The position numbers and the translations under genes are program-made. Below the pieces are notes generated by a model, which was given only the letters and a program-made list of their open reading frames with translations, searched no databases and was not told where the DNA came from. A stretch of DNA of 64,000 bases from an uncultured Methanosarcinaceae archaeon (GTDB lineage Archaea > Halobacteriota > Methanosarcinia > Methanosarcinales > Methanosarcinaceae), in the NCBI GenBank assembly GCA_963733675.1, contig CAVTET010000004.1, positions 160,001 through 224,000 of the forward strand, in the 5' to 3' direction. Below are positions 1 through 12,447 of this stretch, one piece after another; the first letter of the stretch is position 1, and each line of letters begins with the position of its first letter.

Positions 1-404
1 TTAAAGACATCGAACGGTAGATTGATCTGTAATTCTGGAGAAATATTATATTCGTCATCTTCCGTCCAAAAAGCGCTGATGCTCCCAAATACAGGGAAAA
101 TACGTTTTACTGTCCCGCTTTCATAAAAAGTAATCATCTCTGCTGGAAGGCTCCCAAGCCTTGTATTTACACTCAAAGGATCCTGCAAAACCATACTTGC
201 AATGTTCCCACTTTCATAAAAGGTCATAGATTTCATGAGCTTTTTCCTTTTTCCATCATCCTTATATTGCGGGATAAAGATGCCACAAGGAATGCTTATA
301 GCATTTTTTTGTTTTAGAATGCAGCGTTTGATTATTCCGTTTTTATGGTATTCTGCGGAAGCGATACCCTTTAAAACACCATAATTTGTACTTGCTGTTT
401 CCAA
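1..404 (-). CDS. Partial (runs off left edge) anf-operon-associated hypothetical protein with MORN-like 'FYESG' repeats
   Basis: Not in ORF track. TTG start at 404 after an AAAGGCGG SD-like motif, 14 bp after the anfO stop. Open frame METASTNYGVLKGIASAEYHKNGIIKRC...MTFYESGNIASM...ITFYESGTVKRIFP... to the window edge. Confidence 0.7.
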   Translation of the reverse strand, partial: METASTNYGVLKGIASAEYHKNGIIKRCILKQKNAISIPCGIFIPQYKDDGKRKKLMKSMTFYESGNIASMVLQDPLSVNTRLGSLPAEMITFYESGTVKRIFPVFGSISAFWTEDDEYNISPELQINLPFDVF

Positions 405-418
405 ATAATCGCCGCCTT

Positions 419-1048
419 TCACAGAGTTTGCACATGCACTATTTTAACGGTCTTTTCATTCGGCAATGAATTCACAGTTTCATATTCAAACCCTAAGACT
501 CTTAAATTTGTAGTAAACCACTTTGAAATATGACTGCAAATGACATCCAGACGGTTGAATTCTCCATTTTTCAGATAGGGTAACAGAATTTTCTTTGAAG
601 TTAGTTGCGGATTCTTTGAAAGGATTTTTTCCATATTAAGACAAAAATCACCTTTATTCGTACCAGGTTCCAAAAATTGCATGATATCGAATTTGCTGGG
701 TTTCCCCTGCTGCTTCTCAATTATCTCCCTCATTTCTTTTTTGACTGAATCGAGAACATCAAACCCACTTTTTTCTACAAGGAATATTGCAAAGCCTGCT
801 ACTTCAAAAATACCGGACGCTATTCCTGGTATTTCACTTGCAACCACTATTTTTACATTATCAAGCTGCTTTATGGTATCCTCCACAGCCATGCGTACTG
901 CAGCAATACTCTTTGCGCTGCAAACTTTATTTTCAAATCTGTTCAGGACTTTCCATTCCCCACCATCTTCTTCATATGTTACAATGAATCCCGGTTCAAA
1001 TATTGAACTCGTTTTTTGGTCATTGCTTTCTACAACTGAAATTTTCAA
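419..1048 (-). CDS. anfO: Fe-only nitrogenase accessory protein AnfO
   Basis: Follows anfK. AnfO-like segments (TSSIFEPG, LTSKKILLPYL, LDVICSH). Likely TTG start at 1048 after GGAGG (ORF track starts at 1093). Confidence 0.8.
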   Translation of the reverse strand: MKISVVESNDQKTSSIFEPGFIVTYEEDGGEWKVLNRFENKVCSAKSIAAVRMAVEDTIKQLDNVKIVVASEIPGIASGIFEVAGFAIFLVEKSGFDVLDSVKKEMREIIEKQQGKPSKFDIMQFLEPGTNKGDFCLNMEKILSKNPQLTSKKILLPYLKNGEFNRLDVICSHISKWFTTNLRVLGFEYETVNSLPNEKTVKIVHVQTL

Positions 1049-1363
1049 GACACATCCTCCTTTCGTGTTGCAATTCACGAAGATTTCGGGCAAGATTAAA
1101 ATATTTTCTCGCCATCGGAACTATCTATTAGATTTACATAAGCTGCGTGGGATTAATTTCACAGTCATAAGAATATATTGTTGAGGCAGTCCGAATAGAT
1201 CCCACTGCTTGCATCCGGGTATGCCAGAGAAAATTTGATTTGCGTCTTTTTCGGAGGGATTTTGCCAGAATGTGATTCCAATCAGGAACTGGCAGAATCT
1301 AATAAAATCCCAGCTAAGTCTTACAACATTTGATTCTCAGAATCCTCATTTATTGAATATTCC

Positions 1364-2752
1364 TTACCATACATTCAGTAACCATTCCTTATTCCTCTTG
1401 TACTCCATGTCGGTGAATAGCGTGTTTGCCATCTGTTCCGCGAGCCACATCGCTCCCGCATATCCGACAACAGGATGGCGGTACAGTCCTGCACGGTCGA
1501 AGGTGGGAAAACCTACGCGTACCATGGGAATATTGTTGTCGATGGCTGTCCATCGACCCTTGGAATGGCCCAAGATGAGATCAAGTTCAACTTCCTTGTT
1601 CTTAATCCGGCTTTCCAGTTCCCATAGATCTGCATTCATAATGATCTGCATGTCGAAATCGACTTTTTCCTTAAATGCCTTGATACGTGGATCGTTTTGA
1701 TATGCCTGATTATCGTCGCCGAGAAGAAGAATCATGGGCTTCATCTCCAGATCGAGGCAAAATTCAGCCAGACCAATAACCAGATCTGGGTTTCCGTAGA
1801 TAGCAACTCTCTTGTCGGCGAAAAACATGTGAGTCAGATCTGTCAGCGCATCGATTGCAATTCCTCTTTCACGAACTAGTGATTCGGGAATTGGTTTTCC
1901 AGTCATTTTTTTTACATTCTGCAGGAAGGTATCCGTGTTGCGGATGCCAATAGGAGTGGGCCCTATTATCGCCGGAACGTTGAATTTTTTCCCCAGAAAT
2001 TTGGCGGCTTTTCCACCTTCGTATTTGTTCAGGGCAATTGTTCCCAGTGCATCCGCTGTTCCAATCAACTCTTCGATCGTAGTGCTGCCATGAGAGACTC
2101 CACTTTTGTCTGGCATCAGAGGGGAATCGAAGCTTTCGATTTCGAAAAGAACTGTCGCATCCACATCCATTTCCGACAGAAGATGCTTGAGCGCTGTTAC
2201 GTCTCCTGGATTGACCCATCCAGTAATCAGATTGAGTTTTCCGTTGGGTTTGTCTTTTTTTGCAAACGCACTTACTAGATCCTGCACTGCGACATCGTAT
2301 CCACTCACCATACTTCCCTTAAAACTAGGTGCATGGATCGGAATAAGATAGACTTCCCTATCGGCATATTTTTCTTTCAAAAGTCCCTTTTTGAGCTTTC
2401 TTATGAGACCATCGATATCATCGCCGATGATTTCCGTCGAACATGTAGTGATGATTGGCACGACTTTCACATGCGGATACCGCATTAAAAGCACATCTAC
2501 CGCTTCTTCGACGCGTTTGAGAGCACCGAACACTGCTCCATCCTCGTGAACAGAGGAAGACGCGATCTCGAAGCTATCCTTGAAATGTTGTGCGAACAGC
2601 ATGCGGACGAACATAACGCAGCCTTGTCCTCCATGAACTATTGCGATACAATCTTTAATTCCTATGCTGGCATACTGCGCTCCACAAGGCTGACATGTTA
2701 ATATTGGATTGATAACGCCGCCACGCTCTCGTTGTTTAATTTCACAAGACAT
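1364..2752 (-). CDS. anfK: Fe-only nitrogenase beta subunit
   Basis: P-cluster motifs TCQPCGAQ, HGGQGC, TTCSTE and C-terminal EWLLNVW, in a D-G-K order. Confidence 0.95.
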   Translation of the reverse strand: MSCEIKQRERGGVINPILTCQPCGAQYASIGIKDCIAIVHGGQGCVMFVRMLFAQHFKDSFEIASSSVHEDGAVFGALKRVEEAVDVLLMRYPHVKVVPIITTCSTEIIGDDIDGLIRKLKKGLLKEKYADREVYLIPIHAPSFKGSMVSGYDVAVQDLVSAFAKKDKPNGKLNLITGWVNPGDVTALKHLLSEMDVDATVLFEIESFDSPLMPDKSGVSHGSTTIEELIGTADALGTIALNKYEGGKAAKFLGKKFNVPAIIGPTPIGIRNTDTFLQNVKKMTGKPIPESLVRERGIAIDALTDLTHMFFADKRVAIYGNPDLVIGLAEFCLDLEMKPMILLLGDDNQAYQNDPRIKAFKEKVDFDMQIIMNADLWELESRIKNKEVELDLILGHSKGRWTAIDNNIPMVRVGFPTFDRAGLYRHPVVGYAGAMWLAEQMANTLFTDMEYKRNKEWLLNVW

Positions 2753-2765
2753 AATTTCCCCTTCT

Positions 2766-3116
2766 TTAATAGAGTGGGTTACTAAGTTCTTTATTCAGTG
2801 ACCCCGTAATTGTCAAGTAGTCTATACGATCTTTGAGTCCCTTCATGAGCAGTTTGATATCCTTTTTTTCCATCATGGCCAGCCATGGATACGTACTTTT
2901 GAAACCCTTAGCTAAAAGCACAGCATCTACCCAATAGCATCTGTCAGTTGGAGTTTCGAGTTCGATGGATTCCTCACACAATAGCTGCATGGTTTTTGTA
3001 AGGATCCCCTCATTCTGATTCTCTCTGTCCCAGGCACGGGAATGAAACTGCCACAGACACCATTTCATAATATAATCTACGAGTTGCTCGATCCTGTCTT
3101 TCATAAGATTTTCCAT
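2766..3116 (-). CDS. anfG: Fe-only nitrogenase delta subunit
   Basis: [13 protein letters not shown] motif, between D and K. Confidence 0.95.
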   Translation of the reverse strand: MENLMKDRIEQLVDYIMKWCLWQFHSRAWDRENQNEGILTKTMQLLCEESIELETPTDRCYWVDAVLLAKGFKSTYPWLAMMEKKDIKLLMKGLKDRIDYLTITGSLNKELSNPLY

Positions 3117-3126
3117 TATATTCCCC

Positions 3127-5110
<1,984 letters not shown>

Positions 5111-5122
5111 AATTGTACCCTC

Positions 5123-5440
5123 TTAAAGACCCACAGCTCCGGTCCGTATCGTGATCGCATTGTCAACGGGAGTCACAAAAATTTTACCATCTCCGTAATT
5201 ACCTGTGTATGCTTTGCATTTGATAAGTTTAACAACTTCTTCAACAGACTGATCTTCTACAACTAGCATAATCATAGTTTTAGAAAGTTCATCATAATGT
5301 GTCGTTCCTACTGTGATCCCCTTCTGTTTCCCACGGCCAAATACATTTATTTTTGTTAGTGATAAAAAGCCAGCCTCTGCAAGCTCTTCAATAACTTCAT
5401 CAGTGGTTTCAGGACGTAATATAGCTCTGATCATTTTCAT
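5123..5440 (-). CDS. PII-family nitrogenase regulator, NifI1 type
   Basis: Start MKMIRAILRP at 5440 after GGAGG. GRGKQKG, TGNYGDGKIFV. Confidence 0.9.
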   Translation of the reverse strand: MKMIRAILRPETTDEVIEELAEAGFLSLTKINVFGRGKQKGITVGTTHYDELSKTMIMLVVEDQSVEEVVKLIKCKAYTGNYGDGKIFVTPVDNAITIRTGAVGL

Positions 5441-5597
5441 ATGATGCCTCCTTTTTCGCCAAACAAAATTTATAACACGAAACTTCATTCGGCGGTAAAC
5501 TAAATTTTGTGTGTAACAATGAAATTTTAAATTACATCTTCAATCCAGTCAGAATGTACTATGACACTAATCATTTTCATTCGGCATGCCAATGAAA

Positions 5598-6446
<849 letters not shown>

Positions 6447-6673
6447 TTAGAGTTTATCCGAAAACTCATCATTTATTTATTTAAACATCATACTCTTTTG
6501 AACACCATATTTGAAACAATCAATAGCTTCTGAACAGAAATAGCGATATTTGTCTTCCGTTGCTCACTTCTTTTTATGACCCCCAGAGTATAGTTCGTGT
6601 GCATTTGGTATGTTTATTTCTAAATAATTAGTGACAAATTTAAAGGAATACAGAAACCTATTACCTATTTAGT

Positions 6674-6723
6674 TATATAAATAGTTTTTTATCACTTAGT
6701 GTTATCAATTTTTTGGTTATAAC
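6674..6723 (-). promoter_or_regulatory. Putative BRE/TATA promoter of the anf operon with an adjacent inverted repeat
   Basis: Minus strand AAAAAACTA-TTTATATA (TATA at 6674-6681), plus GTTAT-N13-ATAAC at 6701-6723. Confidence 0.45.
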
Positions 6724-6919
6724 ATACTATTCTAGGGGCATAGGTAAATCATTACAAAAAACAACATCAGTAATTCTGTTATTCCTGAAAAAAGTACTTG
6801 ATTTGTCTTGTATTGAATTTATGATTCAAACCCGAGTTTGACAGTTTAATAAAAGTACTTGCTCTTTTTTAAGTCCCAAATTTCTAATACCAAAACTAAA
6901 ATTACCATCTTTATTCTCA

Positions 6920-6960
6920 TTCGAATACCAAGCAGCTTGCTGCAGGGATGGAAACTTCCC
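6920..6960. mobile_element. Isolated IS200/IS605-type end hairpin
   Basis: GAATACCAAGCAGC-TT-GCTGCAGGGATG resembles the subterminal hairpins of IS200-family elements. Confidence 0.4.
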
Positions 6961-7024
6961 CGGAAACCGTTGTTAATTAACAAACGTTAGAAACTATTTA
7001 TGTTATAGTTAGTATTTTGTATTG

Positions 7025-7058
7025 TTTATCTATATATATATATATATATATAGATAAA
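7025..7058. repeat. (TA)n microsatellite inside a perfect palindrome TTTATC(TA)nGATAAA
   Basis: Read directly from the sequence, about 11 TA units. Confidence 0.9.
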
Positions 7059-7554
7059 TAACGTTATTTATATGAGAATCGTAGCTAAACAAAAATAGCG
7101 GTTCAAAAATGTGAAATGATAAAACTTAAAGACTGTCCATAAAGTCATTAATGGCATGTTGTAAAGTATCCAGACAGGTAGCGGAAAATATACGTAAATG
7201 TTATGAACTCATTAGAAGCCCATGGTGAAGTTTAAATCACCGCGCTAATAGAAGATTACAGACTTGCTAAAAATTATGCTTTAGATGGATTATAAGGATA
7301 TATTTTTATAATTTGCATACTATAAATTAGTTTCAAAATATCAAGATGATATTCAAAGTTTAACCCAGGCAAATAGCAGGCAAAACATTAAGCTGCTTCT
7401 GGCCAGTGCAGAAAAAAGAAGGTGGGTGGATATTTTGCTTAGTTAGGCTACAATTAAGCCAGCATATAAAATGAAAAATAAAGTATATTCGTGAAAATAG
7501 GTCTAATTCGGATAAAAACGTTTAGACAATCAGTAATTTGTGACTTTATTTAGC

Positions 7555-7971
7555 TCAAACAAACTTCTCTAGAATTTCTTTTCTAATTTCATCTGTGTCT
7601 TTAACTATTATCTCAACATTCTCATTTTTGTTGTCTGAAACTGAATTAATTTTCCTATAGACCCTTCTTCCAAAGTCTGCCGAAAAGCGTCTCTCGAGTA
7701 TCCAAAGACATATCCGAGTGTCTCCAGCTTTTGCCGCTAAGTTTAGGCGTTCCAAAAGTGCTTTTGCGGCATCAGCATTCCGCTGTTGGATAAATGTATA
7801 AAACTCAAAATATTTTCCAGATTTCTCTATCTTACCCCTATTCATATAATAATTGAAAGTTTTATACGTGATTCCTGCAGCTTCGGCAGCAAGAGAATAT
7901 GTGAGTCCCAAAGAAACATTATCACCGATTTTATTTTGTAGTTCAGGAGTTAATTTACAAGGTCTCGCCAT
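7555..7971 (-). CDS. Terminase small subunit-like HTH protein
   Basis: N-terminal RPxKLTPE plus HTH (SLAAEAAGITYKTFNYYMNRG), helical middle and WILERRF..FGRR, resembling a tailed-virus TerS pattern recalled from memory. Confidence 0.6.
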   Translation of the reverse strand: MARPCKLTPELQNKIGDNVSLGLTYSLAAEAAGITYKTFNYYMNRGKIEKSGKYFEFYTFIQQRNADAAKALLERLNLAAKAGDTRICLWILERRFSADFGRRVYRKINSVSDNKNENVEIIVKDTDEIRKEILEKFV

Positions 7972-8597
7972 GGTCGCACCGTTTTTTATTTTAAATAATT
8001 GATATAAGTGGATCTTGTATTTAATATTAAGTTAGTTTTGTTCCGTATTAGATGGGCTTTAGGCTGGATTATTCAAAAAGAACTATTAGAGTGGTGTTCG
8101 ATATGTTTGACTATGCTAATTAATTAATAGGACTCTCACTAAAAGTCTCCCTACTATCCCCAGAATAAGGCCATTGTTTGGACAAATCAAATCCCCATGA
8201 TTTTACTGCCATGGCACGGTGAGTACCCACGAGACATTTTTCATATATTTTCATTACTTTTAAATAATATAAATTACATATATATTATATTTACTTCCAT
8301 TTTTAGATAGGATTTCGCATAAATTACATAACACTGCAGTTCACGAGATCAACGTTTTTGGTATCTAAGGTTAGCCTGATCACGATAATGTCTAAATAAA
8401 TTTTGATTTTAAAATTAATAACATTATGGTTGCAATTTTGGCTATCAAGTCAATTAATAAAAATTTATGGCACCTTTTGCCGTCTCTTGGCACTTCGAAG
8501 GATATTAGATAGATATTGCTTTATAAAGTTGGGCTTTATCTAACATGATATTTAATGTATATACATCCATATAATTTAATTTTATTACCTGGAATCG

Positions 8598-8954
8598 TTA
8601 TTCGGTTGTTAACACGTGTATTTTTAAAGTGGGATATCCTTCATAAAAATTATCACATAAAACAGTTACAATGGGACTTTTACCCCGTTGTCTTATAGTT
8701 TTGATCATCCCACAATTTTCTAAATCGTCCAATGCTTTCGGAAAAGCCCAATCCGGGATAGGTAAAAATGAATTTATACCTTTTAAAGTGACTACTAAAT
8801 CATTAGATTTCTTCACCCCTTTTAAATGCCAAATATACATAGCCATCCTGTATGTATGCCCCACTGAATTGGATGGTAACTTCACAATCCATTCTGAAGG
8901 CATTTGAGCTATGAAAGAACCTTTTATTTTATCTTTAGAATTTACCAACATCAT
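8598..8954 (-). CDS. Small winged-helix DNA-binding protein (possible replication initiator)
   Basis: C-terminal KALDDLENCGMIKTIRQRGKSPIVTVL has the wHTH recognition helix and wing pattern. Directly downstream of the repeat array. Confidence 0.6.
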   Translation of the reverse strand: MMLVNSKDKIKGSFIAQMPSEWIVKLPSNSVGHTYRMAMYIWHLKGVKKSNDLVVTLKGINSFLPIPDWAFPKALDDLENCGMIKTIRQRGKSPIVTVLCDNFYEGYPTLKIHVLTTE

Positions 8955-9054
8955 CTTACCCCATTATAATACTATTTTTAAATATTAAGAATAAATAAAG
9001 AAGATATATAAAAGAAATATAAGTAGTAAAACCGATATCATAAGACTTTAGAAT

Positions 9055-9159
9055 TTAGCTGTACAGCTAATTAATTTTAGCTGTAGGGCGAAATATATTT
9101 TGCTGTGCAGCTAATTAATCTTGCTCTACAGCTAAATTGGAATTTGGCTTTATAGCTAA
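9055..9159. repeat. Five palindromic 16-bp repeats (TTAGCTGTACAGCTAA consensus), iteron-like
   Basis: Copies start at 9055, 9077, 9099, 9120 and 9144 (spacing 22, 22, 21, 24). The first copy is a perfect palindrome. Confidence 0.9.
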
Positions 9160-9205
9160 ATGGAATAGTCTGCCAAAGATTTTTGAGCCCCATTTATTAT
9201 GATTT

Positions 9206-11160
9206 TTACTCTTGCTTTACTTCTGTGAGTATCCGCATAATAAGCTCCCAAGTTTCGGCACCTTTCTCGTCTATATACCTGTAAGGATAGCGGACAATAT
9301 CGACATCCGTTTTCAGTCTGTTACCAGCACCTAAAACAAGTTCGGATGCATCAGACATCAGCTTTCTTGCTTCCTCTATCTCTTTGTCTGCCCCTTTTTC
9401 ATCGCACTCAATCATCAACGCATCGTGAACTGGAGCAACAATTTTAATTTTATTCTCCGAAAGAAGGATGCATGCGACTCTCAGAATTTCAGCCCCAGTG
9501 GCTTGAATTGGGAAATTTCGGACGGTCAACATTTCCTTATTGCTGGAGCCCGAAACAATCATTTTCCATTTATAACAGGTTTCAATCCTTTTCATTAAGC
9601 AGGCTTGAGTCCAGATCATATCTACCCAGCGCCAATAATTCTTGAAGACTCTTTTATGGTGACTAAGCAGTTCCTTGGCATAAGGTGTAGGCTTATCAAT
9701 TTTAACCCCAAGTGATTCTGCACCCAGGCCATACTGAACACCAAGTACACACGATTTAAAGAGCTGTCTCATACTGCCATGCGTTTCTTTTGTAGCGTCT
9801 GCTGGAACTGCACCTGCTAATTTCGCAAAAGCCAGATATGGATCCCCACTCTGATATGCTTCAATCATATTAGGATCATTAGAGAGAACTGCTGCAATAA
9901 AGAACTCTTGCTGTGCATAATCAATATACGCAAGTACTTTCCCCTCAGTCGGTGTTATGAGACTTCTCAGACTAGCAGGAAGCCCAAACATAAACCTAAC
10001 TCTTAATTCTCCTCTATTTTTTTTCTCTTCGTCATCCTTAGGGGCATTTCTACCGGTCTTAGTCCAGAAAGGAGAGATTAAGGTTCGACTTCTGTCATCT
10101 GAACCAGCTATAATAGACTTGAAGTTTAACCCGCCGATGAGAGCTTTTAATTCTTTCAAAGGCCCGATTTCAGGATGGATTTCCGCCATTTCCTTGAAAG
10201 TTTCCTTATCGGTTTTTGGCAGACCTGTCTCGGTTCTTGGCCACATCCAATTATTGACTTGTATAAATCTTTCGAAATTATTGACCTTAAAACTGGTTCC
10301 TTCGTAAATTCCAAATTTGTCGATATTTTTTATCAATTTGAATTTTATTTTTTCCCAATTTTCTTGTAACTCGTTAAGTAAATCGGCATCAATTGGTATA
10401 CCATAATATTCGATTTCTGCCACATATTTCATATACTCTCCTCGAAAGAGCGAAGTGGGTACGTCGAAATCAGGGACTGTAATCGTCCGTTTGAATAACT
10501 CTACTGTTTCAAGCACGTCAGATTCGCAATAACTCATAATGTATTCTTGATCTTCTTCCGAGTAAGGAGCGCCAGCTAAAACACGATCTCTTGCAGCATC
10601 TTTCTCCACTTTACTAATAGTCTCTATTCCAAAAGCTTTACACGCATCCAGTAAGTTTGCACCTCTTCTTTCATAAGAATGATTAGAAAAGCATCTGTAC
10701 TCTACGAACGTATCAATCACATTGAATGGTAAGGGCCAGTTTAAGACCAGGTGGCATCCCCACTCCGCTGAGCTCATATGGGCAACAAACAAGTCATTTT
10801 CACCTATTGAGTAGGGCGGCTGTGGATTGCTTTCTTCAAAAAGCCACAGTCTTTTAGTTTCGCCAGAATTTATCTCATGGAAAACAACACAGACAGGTAA
10901 GGGATGTTCGCTAGGTTTTGCGATAAATTCGAAGTCCACAATGTAGACGTGGTCAAAAATGGGATGATTATGGTCTTCGATGGTTTTGTCCTTGAAAGCT
11001 ATCTCCATAGCTTTTATTATGTTTTCCGGTTCCTCAGGCCATTCCGGATCCGGAAGTTTACTCATTGCGAAAACCGTATCGTAAACCCCAATTGAGTCAT
11101 TTGTTTGAAGCTTTACCCAATGAGTTTCTGCCTTTTTGTAAGCTAACCTTCTGGTACGGG
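9206..11160 (-). CDS. Family A DNA polymerase (3'-5' exonuclease + polymerase), fused in frame to the C-terminal part of the upstream gene
   Basis: ExoI VDFEF, ExoIII YCESDV, motif A DYAQQEFFIAA, motif B RQLFKSCVLGVQYG, motif C VHDAL. No 5'-3' exonuclease. The ORF-track N-terminus (11160-11257) is an out-of-frame read of the upstream gene. Confidence 0.9.
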
Positions 11161-11501
11161 TTATACTCATGATCCTTCCCCTCTGCGTCAGGTTGGTCGA
11201 TTTCTGAGAGAAATATTTCACCCGACCCGTAGGTAATGCCCGTATAAATTGTGACAAGTTTTAACTTTTTAGTCTCGACCACCTCAGGGTATAGAGCTCG
11301 ATTGAGAAGGTATTTTCCTTCTTCACCACTGCTGCCACCCAAATCTAAAATGTAGGTAGGAAACTTCCATTCGGATTCAGGCCTGATCCTGAAAAATTCC
11401 ACACCAGGTTTAGGTTTCTTGACAGGAATTGAAGTTACTGCACGTTTCACAATGATGGGGGTAGCTTCAGTGACTCGGAGAGCCTAAAAATTAAAAGCCA
11501 T
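10955..11501 (-). pseudogene. PolA-associated hypothetical protein (possibly SSB-like), interrupted by an in-frame TAG and a +1 frameshift
   Basis: ATG at 11501 after GGGGA, then MAFNF-TAG(11486-11484)-ALRVTEATPIIVKRAVTSIPVKKP... An extra C near 11159 splits DHEYN|RTRRLAYKKAETHWVKL...PDPEWPEE...AFKDKTIEDHNHPI. Confidence 0.65.
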
Positions 11502-11603
11502 TTAAATCCCCCAATGTTAAATAAAAGGTCGCTAGGTTGTACATGCAACCGTTGGTTGCAGAGCTGAAAACGAAAATTATATTTATTGTGTAGACCATAT
11601 TAT

Positions 11604-11840
11604 TCATGATGCATCACTTCTCATTTCTGGGTCGATCTGTTCTTGTAGGTCACTAGCGATGAAAGTAGGCATCTGTAGGGGTGTTTTGCGAAATTTCCGA
11701 TTGCTTGGACGCTGCGGTATTTTCAAAGCACTTTCATCAACACTTTTGGTTAGTATGATTTTTGACTTTTCAACCCATCTTTCTAGGCTCGTATACCTTT
11801 TTTGAAAACCAAGAATATCAAATTCGGTTTTTAGTATCAA
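11604..11840 (-). CDS. Small hypothetical protein of the element
   Basis: Start overlaps the stop of the upstream ORF by 4 bp, consistent with an operon. Confidence 0.45.
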   Translation of the reverse strand: MILKTEFDILGFQKRYTSLERWVEKSKIILTKSVDESALKIPQRPSNRKFRKTPLQMPTFIASDLQEQIDPEMRSDAS

Positions 11841-12028
11841 AGCAATCCCCTCTCTCGTTTTATAGCTTGAAGAGTTGTTTCTCCACGTTCAACAGAGTTT
11901 TTTATTTGCTGGAGACGATCCTGAGCCATTTGCTCAATTTTGAGCATAGTTTGAAACGCTTTTGGCATGTGCTGATTCAGTTCGATGTTTATGGAAAAAT
12001 TCTTATCATCTTCTGATACAGGATTCAT
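11837..12028 (-). CDS. Small coiled-coil hypothetical protein
   Basis: ATGA overlap with the AbrB-like gene, preceded by GGTGGTG. Confidence 0.55.
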   Translation of the reverse strand: MNPVSEDDKNFSINIELNQHMPKAFQTMLKIEQMAQDRLQQIKNSVERGETTLQAIKRERGLL

Positions 12029-12231
12029 TGGTATTCACCACCTTGTATAGGGTTAAGAGCTGCCGTATCTTGTAGGGTATCGCCAGCTATGATTCTCAGT
12101 CTTTTTTCGCTGTCCATCTCTACAACTACAGTTTTCACGTCTAAACCCATTGATTTCATCCACTGCATTTGAAGCGAAATCATGTAGCTTCCACTTTGTT
12201 TGATTACGTTTCTTTTTCCAAATTTGAACAT
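12025..12231 (-). CDS. AbrB/MazE/SpoVT-type DNA-binding protein
   Basis: KRNVIKQSGSYMISLxxxWMKSMGL...VVVEMD swapped-hairpin pattern, GAGGT SD. Confidence 0.75.
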   Translation of the reverse strand: MFKFGKRNVIKQSGSYMISLQMQWMKSMGLDVKTVVVEMDSEKRLRIIAGDTLQDTAALNPIQGGEYQ

Positions 12232-12297
12232 ATTTACCTCTTAATTAATGTTGTAATGCAAATTAGAAGATGAAATTAATCATATATATTTATTTTT

Positions 12298-12447
12298 TAT
12301 AGGTAATAAATATCAAAATACCTATATATAGGTAAATTTGTACAATTCACCTACTATTAATATGCCGGTTACCAATATATCTTAATAAACGTTTGAGCTA
12401 CCTATAAAATATGAAAACAGAAACTAATAAAGAACTAATTATAGGTA
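12298..12447. promoter_or_regulatory. Divergent promoter region with five TACCTATA/TATAGGTA half-sites
   Basis: Half-sites at 12298, 12319, 12327 (12319-12334 is the perfect palindrome TACCTATATATAGGTA), 12399 and 12440. Confidence 0.55.

Noticed and set aside
9055-9159. Repeat array as a mini-CRISPR
   Set aside because: Units are 16 bp with 5-8 bp spacers and there are no cas genes.
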